DNA from: an uncultured Gemmatimonadales bacterium
Lineage (GTDB): Bacteria; Gemmatimonadota; Gemmatimonadetes; Longimicrobiales; RSA9
DNA: 64,000 nt
Direction of reading: 5' to 3'
NCBI GenBank assembly: GCA_963783305.1
Contig: CAWAMW010000007.1
Span: 96,001 to 160,000, forward strand
Positions 46,188 through 56,075 of this stretch are shown here, in pieces. The stretch's first letter is position 1. Each line of letters starts with the position of its first letter. A program made the translations under genes and the position numbers. The notes beneath the pieces are model-generated. The model saw only the letters and a program-made list of their open reading frames with translations, ran no database searches and was not told the origin of the DNA.

Positions 46188-46975
46188 GCAGGCGGGAATC
46201 GGTGGAAGGGCCGGGGGAGCAGCCGATGTTCATGGTCGAGCTGGAGGCGTTCGAGGGGCCTCTCGATCTCCTGCTCCACCTGATCCGTGAGCAGGACATC
46301 GATATTTTTGATATCCCGATCGCACGGATCACGGCGCAGTTCCTGAAGGCCATCGAGGGCGTAGAGACCCTCGGACTGGATCGCGCTGGCGAGTTCCTGG
46401 AGCTTGCGGCCACCCTCGTCCGGATCAAGTCGCGGATGCTCCTCCCGCGACGTCCCGACGAGGACGGCGAGCTGGAGGATCCCAGGGCGGAGCTGGTGCG
46501 CCGGCTCCTGGAGTACGAGCACTTCCGGGACGCCGCCGACCAGCTGGAGGACGCCGAAGCCGAACGGTCGCGCCATTACGGTCGCGGCTACATCCCGCCG
46601 CGTCCGCGCCCGGATCCCGAGGAGCTGGAGATCGAGGTGGACTGGGCGGAGCTGTGGGACTCGCTCCACGACCTCATCGAGCGGATGCGGCCGCCGGAGG
46701 AGCACCACGTTCACGGCCGGATCGTGACGCTGGAGGAGAAGGTCGAGCTCATCCTCGACACGTTGGCGCGGCTGAGCCGGGTCGAGTTCAGGCAGCTGCT
46801 GGTGGGTCACTCCGGTCGGATGCACGGCGTCGCGACGCTGCTGGCGAGCTTGGAGCTGGCCCGTCGTCGCGAGGTGGCCATCCGGCAGAGCAAGCCGTTC
46901 GCGCCGCTCTGGATCTACAGGCGAACGGACGAGGCGGAGCCCCTCGAACCCCAGTCGCCCCAGGAGCCCGAATGA
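46184..46975 (+). CDS. scpA: Segregation/condensation protein A
   Basis: FEGPLDLLLHLI, IKSRMLLP, DPRAELVRRLLEY. Confidence 0.95.
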   Translation: MSRRESVEGPGEQPMFMVELEAFEGPLDLLLHLIREQDIDIFDIPIARITAQFLKAIEGVETLGLDRAGEFLELAATLVRIKSRMLLPRRPDEDGELEDPRAELVRRLLEYEHFRDAADQLEDAEAERSRHYGRGYIPPRPRPDPEELEIEVDWAELWDSLHDLIERMRPPEEHHVHGRIVTLEEKVELILDTLARLSRVEFRQLLVGHSGRMHGVATLLASLELARRREVAIRQSKPFAPLWIYRRTDEAEPLEPQSPQEPE

Positions 46976-47649
46976 AGACGACCCAGATCATCGAAGCGCT
47001 CCTGTTCGCCAGCGATGCCCCGCTCTCCGCCGAGGACCTCGCCCGCGGCGAAGAGGAGGTGGACGCCGAGGCCGTCCGCAACGCCATCCAGGACCTCCGC
47101 CACGACTACGAAGAGCAGGGGCGCGCGTTCCAGGTCTACGAGATCGCCGGCGGATTCCAGCTGCTCACGCGGCCCGAGTACTCGCCGCACCTGGAGCGGT
47201 TCGAGACGATTCCCACCAGCACCCGGCTGTCCGGTGCCGCCCTGGAAGTCCTGGCCATCATCGCGTACCGGCAGCCGCTGGGGCGGTCGGAGGTGGAGGA
47301 CATCCGGGGGGTGGGCTCGTCCCATGTGCTCCGGTCGCTCCAGGACCTGGCGCTGATCGAGGTGGTGGGACGCGGCGAGGGCCTCGGGCGGCCGCTCCTG
47401 TACGGCACGACCGACCGGTTCCTGGACCACTTCGGCTTTGCTTCGCTCGAAGACCTGCCAAAGCCGGATGAGCTGCCCGTCGTCCTCACCGACCGGCACC
47501 GGGCGGGCGGCGAGGATGACATCGAAGAGGACGAGGACGCGGGCAAGGGTGGGCAGATGGAGCTGGAACCGGCAGTGGACGAAGAGGTCGCCGAGGAAGA
47601 GGTCGCCGAGGAAGAGGTCGCCGAGGAAGAGGGCAGCGCGGCCTCATGA
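46972..47649 (+). CDS. scpB: Segregation/condensation protein B
   Basis: IEALLFAS, LEVLAIIAYRQP, IRGV, GRPLLYGTT..FL.HFG; acidic tail with 15-bp EEVAE repeats. Confidence 0.95.
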   Translation: MKTTQIIEALLFASDAPLSAEDLARGEEEVDAEAVRNAIQDLRHDYEEQGRAFQVYEIAGGFQLLTRPEYSPHLERFETIPTSTRLSGAALEVLAIIAYRQPLGRSEVEDIRGVGSSHVLRSLQDLALIEVVGRGEGLGRPLLYGTTDRFLDHFGFASLEDLPKPDELPVVLTDRHRAGGEDDIEEDEDAGKGGQMELEPAVDEEVAEEEVAEEEVAEEEGSAAS

Positions 47650-48380
47650 GTATGCGACTTCAGAAGTACCTGGCGCGCGCGGGCACGGCATCCCGTAGAG
47701 GGGCGGAGGACCTGATCCGGGATGGTCGGGTGCGGGTGAACGGGGAGGTCGTTACCGAGATGGGGGTCAAGGTCGAGCCGGACGACCGGGTAGAGGTGGA
47801 CGGCCGCGTGGTGGCGCCGGAGCCGCCGATGTGGGTCATGCTGCACAAGCCGCCGGGCTATGTCACCACGCGGGACGACCCTCAGGGTCGCCCGACGGTC
47901 TACGACCTCCTGCCGAAGCGCTTCGAGGGTCTTTTCCACGTGGGGCGACTGGACCTCGACAGCGAGGGGCTTCTCCTCCTCACGAACGAGGGTGGGGCGG
48001 CGAACCGGCTCATGCACCCCCGGCACCAGGTGGACCGGGTCTATCTCGTGGATGTGGTGGGGGCGGTGAGCAACGACGTTCGCCGTCAGCTGGTGACCGG
48101 CGTCGATCTGGACGACGGCCCGGCGCGGGCGCACAAGGTGGAGATCGTGGCCCGCGAGGCGGCGGGGCCGGGGGTTGGGGCCGCGCCTCACACGCGCGTC
48201 CGGATTGTCATGCGGGAGGGCAGGAAGCGGGAGGTGCGGCGGCTGTTCGACGTGGTGGGGCACCCCGTGCGGCGCCTGGTGCGGGAGCGGCTGGGGCCGG
48301 TGCGGCTGGGGGACCTGCGGCAGGGGAAGTGGCGGGAGCTGTCGCCCCGCGAGGTCGAAGCCGTTCGGCGCGTGGATTAG
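47646..48380 (+). CDS. rluB: rRNA pseudouridine synthase, RsuA/RluB family
   Basis: S4 domain RLQKYLA..G.ASRR; HKPPG; VGRLDLDSEGLLLLTN; follows scpAB. Confidence 0.88.
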   Translation: MSMRLQKYLARAGTASRRGAEDLIRDGRVRVNGEVVTEMGVKVEPDDRVEVDGRVVAPEPPMWVMLHKPPGYVTTRDDPQGRPTVYDLLPKRFEGLFHVGRLDLDSEGLLLLTNEGGAANRLMHPRHQVDRVYLVDVVGAVSNDVRRQLVTGVDLDDGPARAHKVEIVAREAAGPGVGAAPHTRVRIVMREGRKREVRRLFDVVGHPVRRLVRERLGPVRLGDLRQGKWRELSPREVEAVRRVD

Positions 48381-48419
48381 GAATCGACAGAGGGAACCAA
48401 CCGGGATCGAGGTCGGACC

Positions 48420-50072
48420 ATGGACATAGAAAACAGGACGATGCTCCTGCTGGGGGGGTCGGGGCTGGTGGGGCTGGCGGTGGCGCGGGCACTCGTCCCC
48501 CACGGCCCCAGGAAGATCGTGCTCACGGCGCTGACACGGTCGGAGGTGGAACCGGCGGTGGAGGAGCTGCGTGCGGAGGTGGAGGGGGTGGAGATCGTCG
48601 GAGAGTGGGGCGACATGTTCTGGCCGGAGGCGCTCAAGGACCGCGGCCGAGAGGACGTCCTCGCGGACCCGGAGGCGCGGGCCCGCCTCCTGGACGACCT
48701 GTACGGCGAGCTGACCGACGATGTCTTGAAGCGCTCGTCCTTCGCGTCCCTCATCGAGCGCCACCAGCCCCACCTCGTGGTCGACTGCGTCAACACGGCC
48801 ACCGCCTTCGCGTACCAGAACATCTTCGCCAGCGCCACGGAGTTGCGGCAGCGCGCGGAAGTCGGCGACTGCAGCCGCGAGCTGGTCGAGCGCCACCTCG
48901 CCACGCTCTACCTGCCGCAGCTCATCCGCCACGTCCAGATCGCTCTGGAATCCATGAAGCGGGCGGGCACGCGCATGTACCTGAAGATCGGTACCGCGGG
49001 GACCGGCGGAATGGGCCTCAACATCCCGTTCACCCATTCGGAAGAGCGCCCCAGCCGCATGCTGCTGGCCAAGAGCGGTGTTGCGGGGGCCCACACGCTC
49101 CTGCTCTTCCTCATGGCCCGCACTCCCGGGGCGCCCGCCGTGAAGGAGATCAAGCCGACAGCCGCCATCAGCTGGAAGCGCGTGGGCTACGGTGAGGTGA
49201 GGAAGCGCGGGCAGGCGATGCCGCGCTACGACGCCACCGGCCCGGTCCCGCTCGCCGAGGCGTTCGACGAGGGCTCCGAGGCCGCCTACCGCGCCGCTGG
49301 CGGGACGCTGGAGGGCGTGTACCTGGACGCCGGCGAGAACGGCCTGTTCAGCCTCGGCGAGTTCGAGACGCTGACGGCGCTCGGGCTGATGGAGTACATC
49401 ACGCCGGAGGAAATCGCCAACGATGTGGTCCGCGAGGTCCTGGGGCGGCCCACCGGTCACGACGTCGTGGCGGCCCTGGATGCGTCCACCTCCGGGCCCA
49501 CGTATCGAGCCGGTGTGCTGCGGGAGGTGGCGCTCGCCCGGATGGAGGCGCTCGAGCGGGAGCACGGCGTGGAGTCCGTCGCCTATGAGATGCTGGGGCC
49601 GCCGCGGCTCTCCAAGCTGCTGTTCGAGGTAGCGCTGCTGCGACGCCTCCACGAGGGTCTCGAAACCGCCGCGGAGCTCGATCCGGAAGAGACCGCACGG
49701 CGCACGGCACAGCTCATCGACGAGGACGAGGAGCTTCGGGTCCGTATCCTCACGATCGGCCTGCCTATCCTCCTGCCCGACGGAGAGCGAGTGCTTCGGG
49801 GCGAATCGGCCAAGGTGGTCCCTGACCCGGGGCAGTCGCCCCAGGACCCGCGCCTGGCCGAGAACGGCTGGGTGGACCTGCGCCCGTCGAACTGGGCGAA
49901 GTGGCGGGAGCGGCTCAGGTCGATCCGCGACGAACTCGACGGGGGACCGACCGCCAGCGATGGCTCCCGCGCCGACCGCGAGCCCCACGACCGCGGTCGC
50001 GCGCTGCGTCCCGGCCGCCTGGCCGCCTGGGTCTTCCGCTACGAGGACGGCGGGGAGCGGGAGAAGAGGTAG
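48420..50072 (+). CDS. Atypical long SDR/Rossmann-fold protein of unknown function (550 aa)
   Basis: N-terminal LLGGSGLVG; VVDCVNTAT; KIGTAGTGGMGLNIPFTHSEE. Confidence 0.7.
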   Translation: MDIENRTMLLLGGSGLVGLAVARALVPHGPRKIVLTALTRSEVEPAVEELRAEVEGVEIVGEWGDMFWPEALKDRGREDVLADPEARARLLDDLYGELTDDVLKRSSFASLIERHQPHLVVDCVNTATAFAYQNIFASATELRQRAEVGDCSRELVERHLATLYLPQLIRHVQIALESMKRAGTRMYLKIGTAGTGGMGLNIPFTHSEERPSRMLLAKSGVAGAHTLLLFLMARTPGAPAVKEIKPTAAISWKRVGYGEVRKRGQAMPRYDATGPVPLAEAFDEGSEAAYRAAGGTLEGVYLDAGENGLFSLGEFETLTALGLMEYITPEEIANDVVREVLGRPTGHDVVAALDASTSGPTYRAGVLREVALARMEALEREHGVESVAYEMLGPPRLSKLLFEVALLRRLHEGLETAAELDPEETARRTAQLIDEDEELRVRILTIGLPILLPDGERVLRGESAKVVPDPGQSPQDPRLAENGWVDLRPSNWAKWRERLRSIRDELDGGPTASDGSRADREPHDRGRALRPGRLAAWVFRYEDGGEREKR

Positions 50073-50073
50073 G

Positions 50074-50334
50074 GCGGCGCCTGCGGCGCCGCGGGGGGCG
50101 GCTTCGCCGCGGGGGGCGGCTTCGCCGCGGGGGGCGGCTTCGCCGCGGGGGGCGGCTTCGCCGCGGGGGACGTGAGCGCGGACCTTGCGAGTGGGGGGTG
50201 TGGTAGGTAGGAGGTTGGAACGAGGTCGCGGGCCGCAGGCCCGCTCCCCCGACGCGCGCAGCGCGGCGCCCCCGCGAGCCAGCGGCTCGCTCCCCCGGCG
50301 CGCGTAGCGCGACGCCCCCGCGGCCGAAGGCCGC
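50074..50334. repeat. REP/BIME-like mosaic: 18-bp tandem repeat x4.5 plus inverted ~46-bp hairpin repeats
   Basis: GCCGCGGGGGGCGGCTTC x4.5 at 50088-50169; hairpin repeats at 50228-50334. Confidence 0.88.
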
Positions 50335-50351
50335 TTAACGAGGAGGCAGGA

Positions 50352-51350
50352 TTGGAGAGCTCGACCACATCGCAGGGAAGGGCCGTGGCGGGGACGCCGT
50401 CGAACCGGGAGCTTGCGCCGCGGATCAAGCGCGAGCTGCACAAGCGGGTGGTCGGCCAGGACGCCATGATCGATCGGCTCCTGATCGGCATGCTGACAGG
50501 CGGACACGTGCTGCTGGAGGGCGTGCCCGGTCTGGCCAAGACACTGACCGTCTCGTCGCTGGCGGAGAGCATGGACGTGAGCTTCCAGCGCATCCAGTTC
50601 ACGCCGGACCTCCTCCCGGCGGATGTGGTGGGGACGAGCATCTACAATCAGCAGACGGGGGAGTTCACCCCGAAGCGGGGGCCCATCTTCGCGCAGGTGG
50701 TCCTGGCCGACGAGATCAATAGGGCCCCTCCGAAGGTGCAGTCGGCGCTGCTGGAGGCGATGCAGGAGAAGCAGGTCACCATCAGCGGTGAGACTTTCCC
50801 GCTGGAGGAGCCGTTCCTGGTCCTCGCTACGCAGAACCCCATCGAGCAGGAAGGGACCTATCCCCTGCCCGAGGCGCAGGTCGACCGCTTCATGCTCAAG
50901 CTCAACGTCACCTATCCGGACCGGGAGACGGAGAAGGAGATCATGCGCCGGATGGCGGGGAAGGCCCCGGCCCCGGTGGAGCGAGTGGCTACGCCGGCCG
51001 AGATCATGTCGGCGCGGGCGGAGATCGCCGGGCTCTACATGGACGAGAAGCTCACCGACTACATCGTGAATCTGGTCCACGCCAGCCGTGAGCCGGCCGA
51101 GCACGGGATCGGCTCGCTGGCGCCGCTGATCGAGTACGGGGCGTCGCCACGCGCGTCCATCTTCCTGGCCGTGGCCGCACGGGCTCACGCCTTCATCGAT
51201 GGCCGGGGATACGTGCTGCCGGAGGACGTGAAGAGCATTGGCCCCGATGTGCTCCGCCACCGGATCATCACGACCTACGAGGCCGAGGCGGAGGAGGTCA
51301 CCTCCGACGACCTGGTGCGGCGCATCTTCGAGGCGGTGGAGGTGCCTTGA
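50352..51350 (+). CDS. moxR: MoxR-family AAA+ ATPase
   Basis: SD AGGAGG before TTG; GVPGLAKT, RIQFTPDLLP, LADEINRA, ATQNPIE. Confidence 0.95.
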   Translation: MESSTTSQGRAVAGTPSNRELAPRIKRELHKRVVGQDAMIDRLLIGMLTGGHVLLEGVPGLAKTLTVSSLAESMDVSFQRIQFTPDLLPADVVGTSIYNQQTGEFTPKRGPIFAQVVLADEINRAPPKVQSALLEAMQEKQVTISGETFPLEEPFLVLATQNPIEQEGTYPLPEAQVDRFMLKLNVTYPDRETEKEIMRRMAGKAPAPVERVATPAEIMSARAEIAGLYMDEKLTDYIVNLVHASREPAEHGIGSLAPLIEYGASPRASIFLAVAARAHAFIDGRGYVLPEDVKSIGPDVLRHRIITTYEAEAEEVTSDDLVRRIFEAVEVP

Positions 51351-52366
51351 GCGACGGTGGCTGGCTGAGCGCTGCGGGTCGACGCATCCGCGACGCCGGC
51401 CGCTGGCTCTCGGGGGGAAAACGCGGCGCCGCCACCCTCCCGGACCCGTCCGCCCCCGTCGCGCCGGGTGGGGTGCCCCGTGACGTGCTGCGGCAGGTCC
51501 GGCTGATCGAGCTGCGGACTCGCGGCTGGGTGAACACGCTGTTCAGCGGCGAGTACCATTCTGTCTTCAAGGGGCAGGGGATGGAGTTCGCCGAGGTTCG
51601 CGAGTACCAGCACGGCGACGACATTCGCTCCATCGACTGGAACGTCACGGCCCGCATGGGTCACCCCTACATCAAGAAGCACGTGGAGGAGCGTGAGCTC
51701 ACGGTCATGCTCCTGGTGGACCTGTCGGGATCGGAGCGGTTCGGCACCCGCGGGCGGCTCAAGGGGGAGCTGGCGGCCGAGCTCGCGGCGGTCCTCGCCC
51801 TCTCGGCCATCCGGAACAACGACCGCGTGGGCCTCCTGATCTTTACGGATCACGTGGAGCACGTGGTCCCAGCGAAGAAGGGGCGCCGGCACGTGCTGCG
51901 GCTGATCCGCGACCTGTTGGCGTTCCGCCCGAGTGGACGCGGAACCGACATCGCCACAGCCCTGGATTATGCCGGCAGGATGCTCCCCCACCGCTCGATC
52001 CTCTTCCTGCTGAGCGATTTCCAGATGCCGGAAGCCGCCGATTTCCCGGGCTTCAGCCGCACCCTCAAGCTGGTCTCGAACCGGCACGACGTGGTGGCGA
52101 TCCGGATGATCGATGCCGCGGAGGAGTCGCTGCCCAACGCCGGCGTGCTCCTGCTCACCGACCCGGAGACCGGCCGGGAGGTCGCCATCGACACGGGCAG
52201 GGCGTCTCTCCGTGAGTTCTATGACGCCCGTGCGGGAACGGAGGAGCGAGAGCTCCGGGGGCTCTTTCGGCGGCTGGCCGTGGACGAGATCGAGGTGCGC
52301 ACGGATCAGTCCTACGTGAAGCCGCTCATGGCGTTCTTCCGCGCCCGCGAGCGCCGCGGCCGGTGA
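51347..52366 (+). CDS. DUF58 domain protein
   Basis: GMEFAEVREYQHGDDIRSIDWNVTAR, EERELT, DLSGS. Confidence 0.93.
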   Translation: MSDGGWLSAAGRRIRDAGRWLSGGKRGAATLPDPSAPVAPGGVPRDVLRQVRLIELRTRGWVNTLFSGEYHSVFKGQGMEFAEVREYQHGDDIRSIDWNVTARMGHPYIKKHVEERELTVMLLVDLSGSERFGTRGRLKGELAAELAAVLALSAIRNNDRVGLLIFTDHVEHVVPAKKGRRHVLRLIRDLLAFRPSGRGTDIATALDYAGRMLPHRSILFLLSDFQMPEAADFPGFSRTLKLVSNRHDVVAIRMIDAAEESLPNAGVLLLTDPETGREVAIDTGRASLREFYDARAGTEERELRGLFRRLAVDEIEVRTDQSYVKPLMAFFRARERRGR

Positions 52367-53319
52367 GCACACGAACGCTGCTCGGACTGGCGACCCTGTT
52401 CGCAGCGGTCGGCACGGTTTCCCCCCGGGCCGCGCCGGCCCAGCAGGCGCACTCGGCCATCGTCGCCGACACCATCCGGGTCGGCGACGTGGTGCCCGTG
52501 GCCGTCCGGGTCACGGTCGAGCGCGGGGAACGCATCCTCTGGCCTGACACCCTCCCTCTGTCCGACGAAGCGCTTGAGAACGTGGCGCGGGTGCGTGAGC
52601 GCGTGGACACCCTGGCGGACGGCCGACTCCAGGTGACGGGGGTGTACTCCGTCACACCCTGGCGCACGGGCGAGCTGGAGATGCCCGACCTGCCGCTCCG
52701 TGTGATGGCGGACCGGGAGGTCGCGCGGACGCTGACGGCCGAGTTGCCGACGCTCGAGGTGATCTCCGTCCTGCCCCCGGACACAGCCGGCGTCGAGCCG
52801 GAGCCGGCCAAGGGCGTGATCGGGCGGAGCTGGTCGCCGTGGCCGTTCCTGCTCGCGCTCCTGGCGCTGGCGGCGCTCATTGCCGCCGTGGTGTGGTGGC
52901 GCCGGAGGCGGGCAGAGGCCGGGGTGGCGCCGCCGATCGCTCCCGCCGTCTCGCCCCGGGAGCGCGTGCTGGCGCGGCTCCAGGAGGCGCGGGAGGCGGA
53001 CCTCATCGAGCAGGGTGCCATGAAGGAGTTCTACAGTCGCGTGTCAGAGGCGCTGCGCGAGTACCTGGAGATCATCGGACCGGGGTGGGGGGAGGACCTC
53101 ACCACTACGGAGCTGCTGGGCCGCTTCCGTGTCCAGGTGGGACCGGAGGTGGCGGCGGTGCTCGGCGAGCTGCTCCGGGCCGCGGACCAGGTGAAGTTCG
53201 CCCGTCGGCGTCCCGATCCGGCCACGGCGGTTCAGGAGTGGGAGTCGGTCCGGCGCTGGGTACTAGGCTTCGACTGGCCCCCCCGCAGGACCAGCGATGA
53301 GCAAGGGGAGGCGGCGTGA
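52363..53319 (+). CDS. Bat-operon membrane protein (DUF4381-like)
   Basis: Signal peptide, central TM, ADQVKFAR; position between DUF58 and batA. Confidence 0.7.
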   Translation: MSTRTLLGLATLFAAVGTVSPRAAPAQQAHSAIVADTIRVGDVVPVAVRVTVERGERILWPDTLPLSDEALENVARVRERVDTLADGRLQVTGVYSVTPWRTGELEMPDLPLRVMADREVARTLTAELPTLEVISVLPPDTAGVEPEPAKGVIGRSWSPWPFLLALLALAALIAAVVWWRRRRAEAGVAPPIAPAVSPRERVLARLQEAREADLIEQGAMKEFYSRVSEALREYLEIIGPGWGEDLTTTELLGRFRVQVGPEVAAVLGELLRAADQVKFARRRPDPATAVQEWESVRRWVLGFDWPPRRTSDEQGEAA

Positions 53320-54302
53320 TGCCCGGCTTCGCCCGTCCGTGGGCGCTCCTCCTGCTCCTTCTCGTACCGCTCTGGCACCTGTACCGCCAGCGGAACCGGC
53401 GCACGCTGCTCTTCTCCCGGACGTCCGCCGTCGAGGCCATGGCGTCCCGCTCCACGGGGGCGCTCGCCCGGGCGCCGGAATGGCTCCGCACGCTGGCCGT
53501 CGTCGCCCTCGTTCTCGCCCTGGCGGGGCCCCGGACCGGCGTCTCCACCACGGAGGTCGAGGCGGAGGGGATCGCCATTGCGCTGGTCGTCGACATCTCC
53601 ACGTCCATGCTTGCCGAGGACTTCCACCCCCGGAACCGGCTGACAGTGGCCAAGGAGGAGGTGGCCAAGTTCGTGCGCGGTCGCCAGTACGATCGGATCG
53701 GGATGGTGGCGTTCGCCGGTGAGGCGCTGACGCAGGTGCCGCTCACCATCGATTACGCCGTCCTCTATCGCGCCCTGGACCAGCTCCAGACCGGCATGCT
53801 CGAGGATGGCACCGCCATTGGCACCGCCATCGCTACGGCGGCCAATCGACTCCGGCGCTCGCCGGGCGAGTCGCGCGTGATGATCGTCATGACGGATGGC
53901 GAGAACAACCGGGGCGAGATCGATCCGGTGACCGCGGCGCGGGCGGCGGCGGCGTACGCCATCAAGATCTACACGATCGGAGTGGGGAGCGAAGGGGTCG
54001 CGCCGATCCCCATCGCGCAGGGGATGTTCGGCGGGTACCAGTACGCCAACCTGCCCGTGCACATTGACGAGGACCTGCTGCGGGAGATCGCGGGCATCAC
54101 CGACGGCCAGTATTTCCGGGCGACCAACGAGGCCGCACTCGACTCCATCTACCGCCGGATCGATGCGCTGGAACGCACCTCCGTGGAAGTAAAGACGTAC
54201 ACCGACTATACGCCGCGCCACCTGCCGTTGCTGCTGCTGGCGGTGGTCCTTCTTCTGGCGGAGTGGGGGCTCCTGGCCAGCCGGTGGGGGAGGGCTCCAT
54301 GA
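53316..54302 (+). CDS. batA: VWA domain protein BatA
   Basis: LALAGP, DISTSM MIDAS, GTAIG, TDGENN. Confidence 0.9.
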   Translation: MMPGFARPWALLLLLLVPLWHLYRQRNRRTLLFSRTSAVEAMASRSTGALARAPEWLRTLAVVALVLALAGPRTGVSTTEVEAEGIAIALVVDISTSMLAEDFHPRNRLTVAKEEVAKFVRGRQYDRIGMVAFAGEALTQVPLTIDYAVLYRALDQLQTGMLEDGTAIGTAIATAANRLRRSPGESRVMIVMTDGENNRGEIDPVTAARAAAAYAIKIYTIGVGSEGVAPIPIAQGMFGGYQYANLPVHIDEDLLREIAGITDGQYFRATNEAALDSIYRRIDALERTSVEVKTYTDYTPRHLPLLLLAVVLLLAEWGLLASRWGRAP

Positions 54303-55345
54303 GCTTCGATTCCCAGTCGCTGCTCTGGCTGGTACTCGCCCTTCCCGCCGGCGTGGGCGCAGGGCTCTGGCTGTGGGTGCGCCGCCGCCGCCGCGTCGCC
54401 CGTGCCCTCGGCTCTCCCGAGCTGCTCCGGCGACTGGGGGCCGGGGACCTCTCGGCGTTTCCCACCGCTCGGCTCATCCTCCTGCTGCTCGCGGCGGCCT
54501 CCCTGGGGATGGCCGCCGCCGGTCCCCGGTGGGGGCTGGAGAGCGTGGAGGAGCAGACGGCGGCCGCCGACCTGGTGCTGGCACTCGACGTCTCCAAGTC
54601 GATGCTCGCCCGGGATGTCCCCCCCAACCGCCTGGAGCGGGAAAGGGTGCTGGCGCGGAGGGTGCTCCGGGAGCTGCCCGGCGACCGGATCGGCATGGTC
54701 GCGTTCGCCGGCCGGGCCTACATCCTCTCGCCCATGACGGTCGACCACGGCGCGCTCCAGCTCTACCTGGATGCGCTGGACCCGGAGATCGTGAGCCAGG
54801 GGGGATCGTCGCTGGCGTCGGCGATCCGGCAGGCCACGGACCTGGCGCTGGGCGCCCGCGAGTCACGCCGCGGAGCCGTCCTGCTCGTGAGCGATGGGGA
54901 GGCGCTGGAGGAGGAGGACCAGGTACGACAGTCCGCCAGCCGGGCCGCACGGGCGGGGATCACCATCCACACCGTGGGGGTAGGGACGTTGGAGGGCGCG
55001 CCCATACCGGAGGAGGGATCCGACGGGCAGGTGGAATCGTATAAGCGGGGTCCGGACGGAGAGATCGTCGTCACATCGCTCCACGAGGAGCTGCTACGCG
55101 ATGTGGCCGCCACGACCGGCGGGCGCTACATCCGTCTGGGGGGGGCAGGCGCGACGGATGCGGTGCTCGGGGCGCTGCGCGGGCTCGAGCGTACGGAGGG
55201 CGATTCGCAGCGGCGCGTGCGGCAGAAGGAGCGGTACGCCTGGTTCGTCCTGCTGGCGGTCGTGCTCCTGATGATCGACGGGGCCGTGGCCACCAGGCCG
55301 GAGCCGCGTAGCGCCATGACGACCACGGAGCCACTCGATGCGTAA
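54299..55345 (+). CDS. batB: VWA domain protein BatB
   Basis: GPRWG, DVSKSMLARD..PNRL, SDGE, GVGT.EG.PIP. Confidence 0.88.
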   Translation: MSFDSQSLLWLVLALPAGVGAGLWLWVRRRRRVARALGSPELLRRLGAGDLSAFPTARLILLLLAAASLGMAAAGPRWGLESVEEQTAAADLVLALDVSKSMLARDVPPNRLERERVLARRVLRELPGDRIGMVAFAGRAYILSPMTVDHGALQLYLDALDPEIVSQGGSSLASAIRQATDLALGARESRRGAVLLVSDGEALEEEDQVRQSASRAARAGITIHTVGVGTLEGAPIPEEGSDGQVESYKRGPDGEIVVTSLHEELLRDVAATTGGRYIRLGGAGATDAVLGALRGLERTEGDSQRRVRQKERYAWFVLLAVVLLMIDGAVATRPEPRSAMTTTEPLDA

Positions 55346-56072
55346 GCTGCTGATCCCACTTCTGTTCGCGCTCGTCGCGACGGGCGGCATCCTGGTGAGC
55401 GTGGAGCGCGGCAACCGCCTGTTCAGGGCCGGGAAGTACGTGGAGGCCGTGGAGGCGTATCGTGCCGCTCTCGCGGACGGCGAGGAAAGCCCGATGCTCC
55501 GGTACAACCTCGGCACAGCGCTGCTGAAGCTGGGTCGCTACGGAGAGGCGGAAGAGCACCTGCGGGCGGCGCTCGAGCAGGTCGATCCAGAGACGCGGGA
55601 CCGCGCGTACTACAACCTGGGTCAGCGCTATCTCGAGGACGCCCGCCAGAGCGGCGACCCCCAGGCCAGCGTGGCCCTGTACAATGCCGCGGTGGAGTCC
55701 TACCGCCAGGCCCTGCGCCTGAGCCCCGCTGACCCGGACGCGAAGTGGAACTACGAGCTGTCGCTCCGGGAGCGGGACGAGCAGCAGCAGTCGAGCGGGG
55801 GCGGCGGTGAGGACCAGCAGGACCAGCAGGACCAGGAGGAGCCGCAGGACCCGGAGCGTCAGCCGGGCGATCAGGGACAGGGCGGGTCTTCGCAGGGGCA
55901 GAATCAACCGTCTTCCGGCGCCCCGGACGCCCCGGGCGCGGGGGCGCGGGCCCCGCTGACGCAGGAGCAGGCGGAGCGGATCCTGAGCGCGGTAGAGCAG
56001 GACGAGCGGGAGCTCTTCCGCGACAAGCTGAGGAAGGGTCAGCAGCGGACCCGCACCGACAGGGACTGGTAG
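55338..56072 (+). CDS. batC: TPR protein BatC
   Basis: YNLG TPR repeats, DAKWNYEL, Q-rich linker, terminal RDW. Confidence 0.85.
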   Translation: MRKLLIPLLFALVATGGILVSVERGNRLFRAGKYVEAVEAYRAALADGEESPMLRYNLGTALLKLGRYGEAEEHLRAALEQVDPETRDRAYYNLGQRYLEDARQSGDPQASVALYNAAVESYRQALRLSPADPDAKWNYELSLRERDEQQQSSGGGGEDQQDQQDQEEPQDPERQPGDQGQGGSSQGQNQPSSGAPDAPGAGARAPLTQEQAERILSAVEQDERELFRDKLRKGQQRTRTDRDW

Positions 56073-56075
56073 CGG

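Noticed and set aside
47578..47631. 15-bp tandem repeat in scpB
   Set aside because: In-frame low-complexity acidic tail (EEVAE repeats); ordinary.
47136..51260. 1374-aa minus-strand ORF and other long antisense ORFs (e.g. 21798-23834, 29078-31213, 61928-63925)
   Set aside because: Shadow frames of well-supported plus-strand genes, expected in high-GC DNA; no recognisable motifs.
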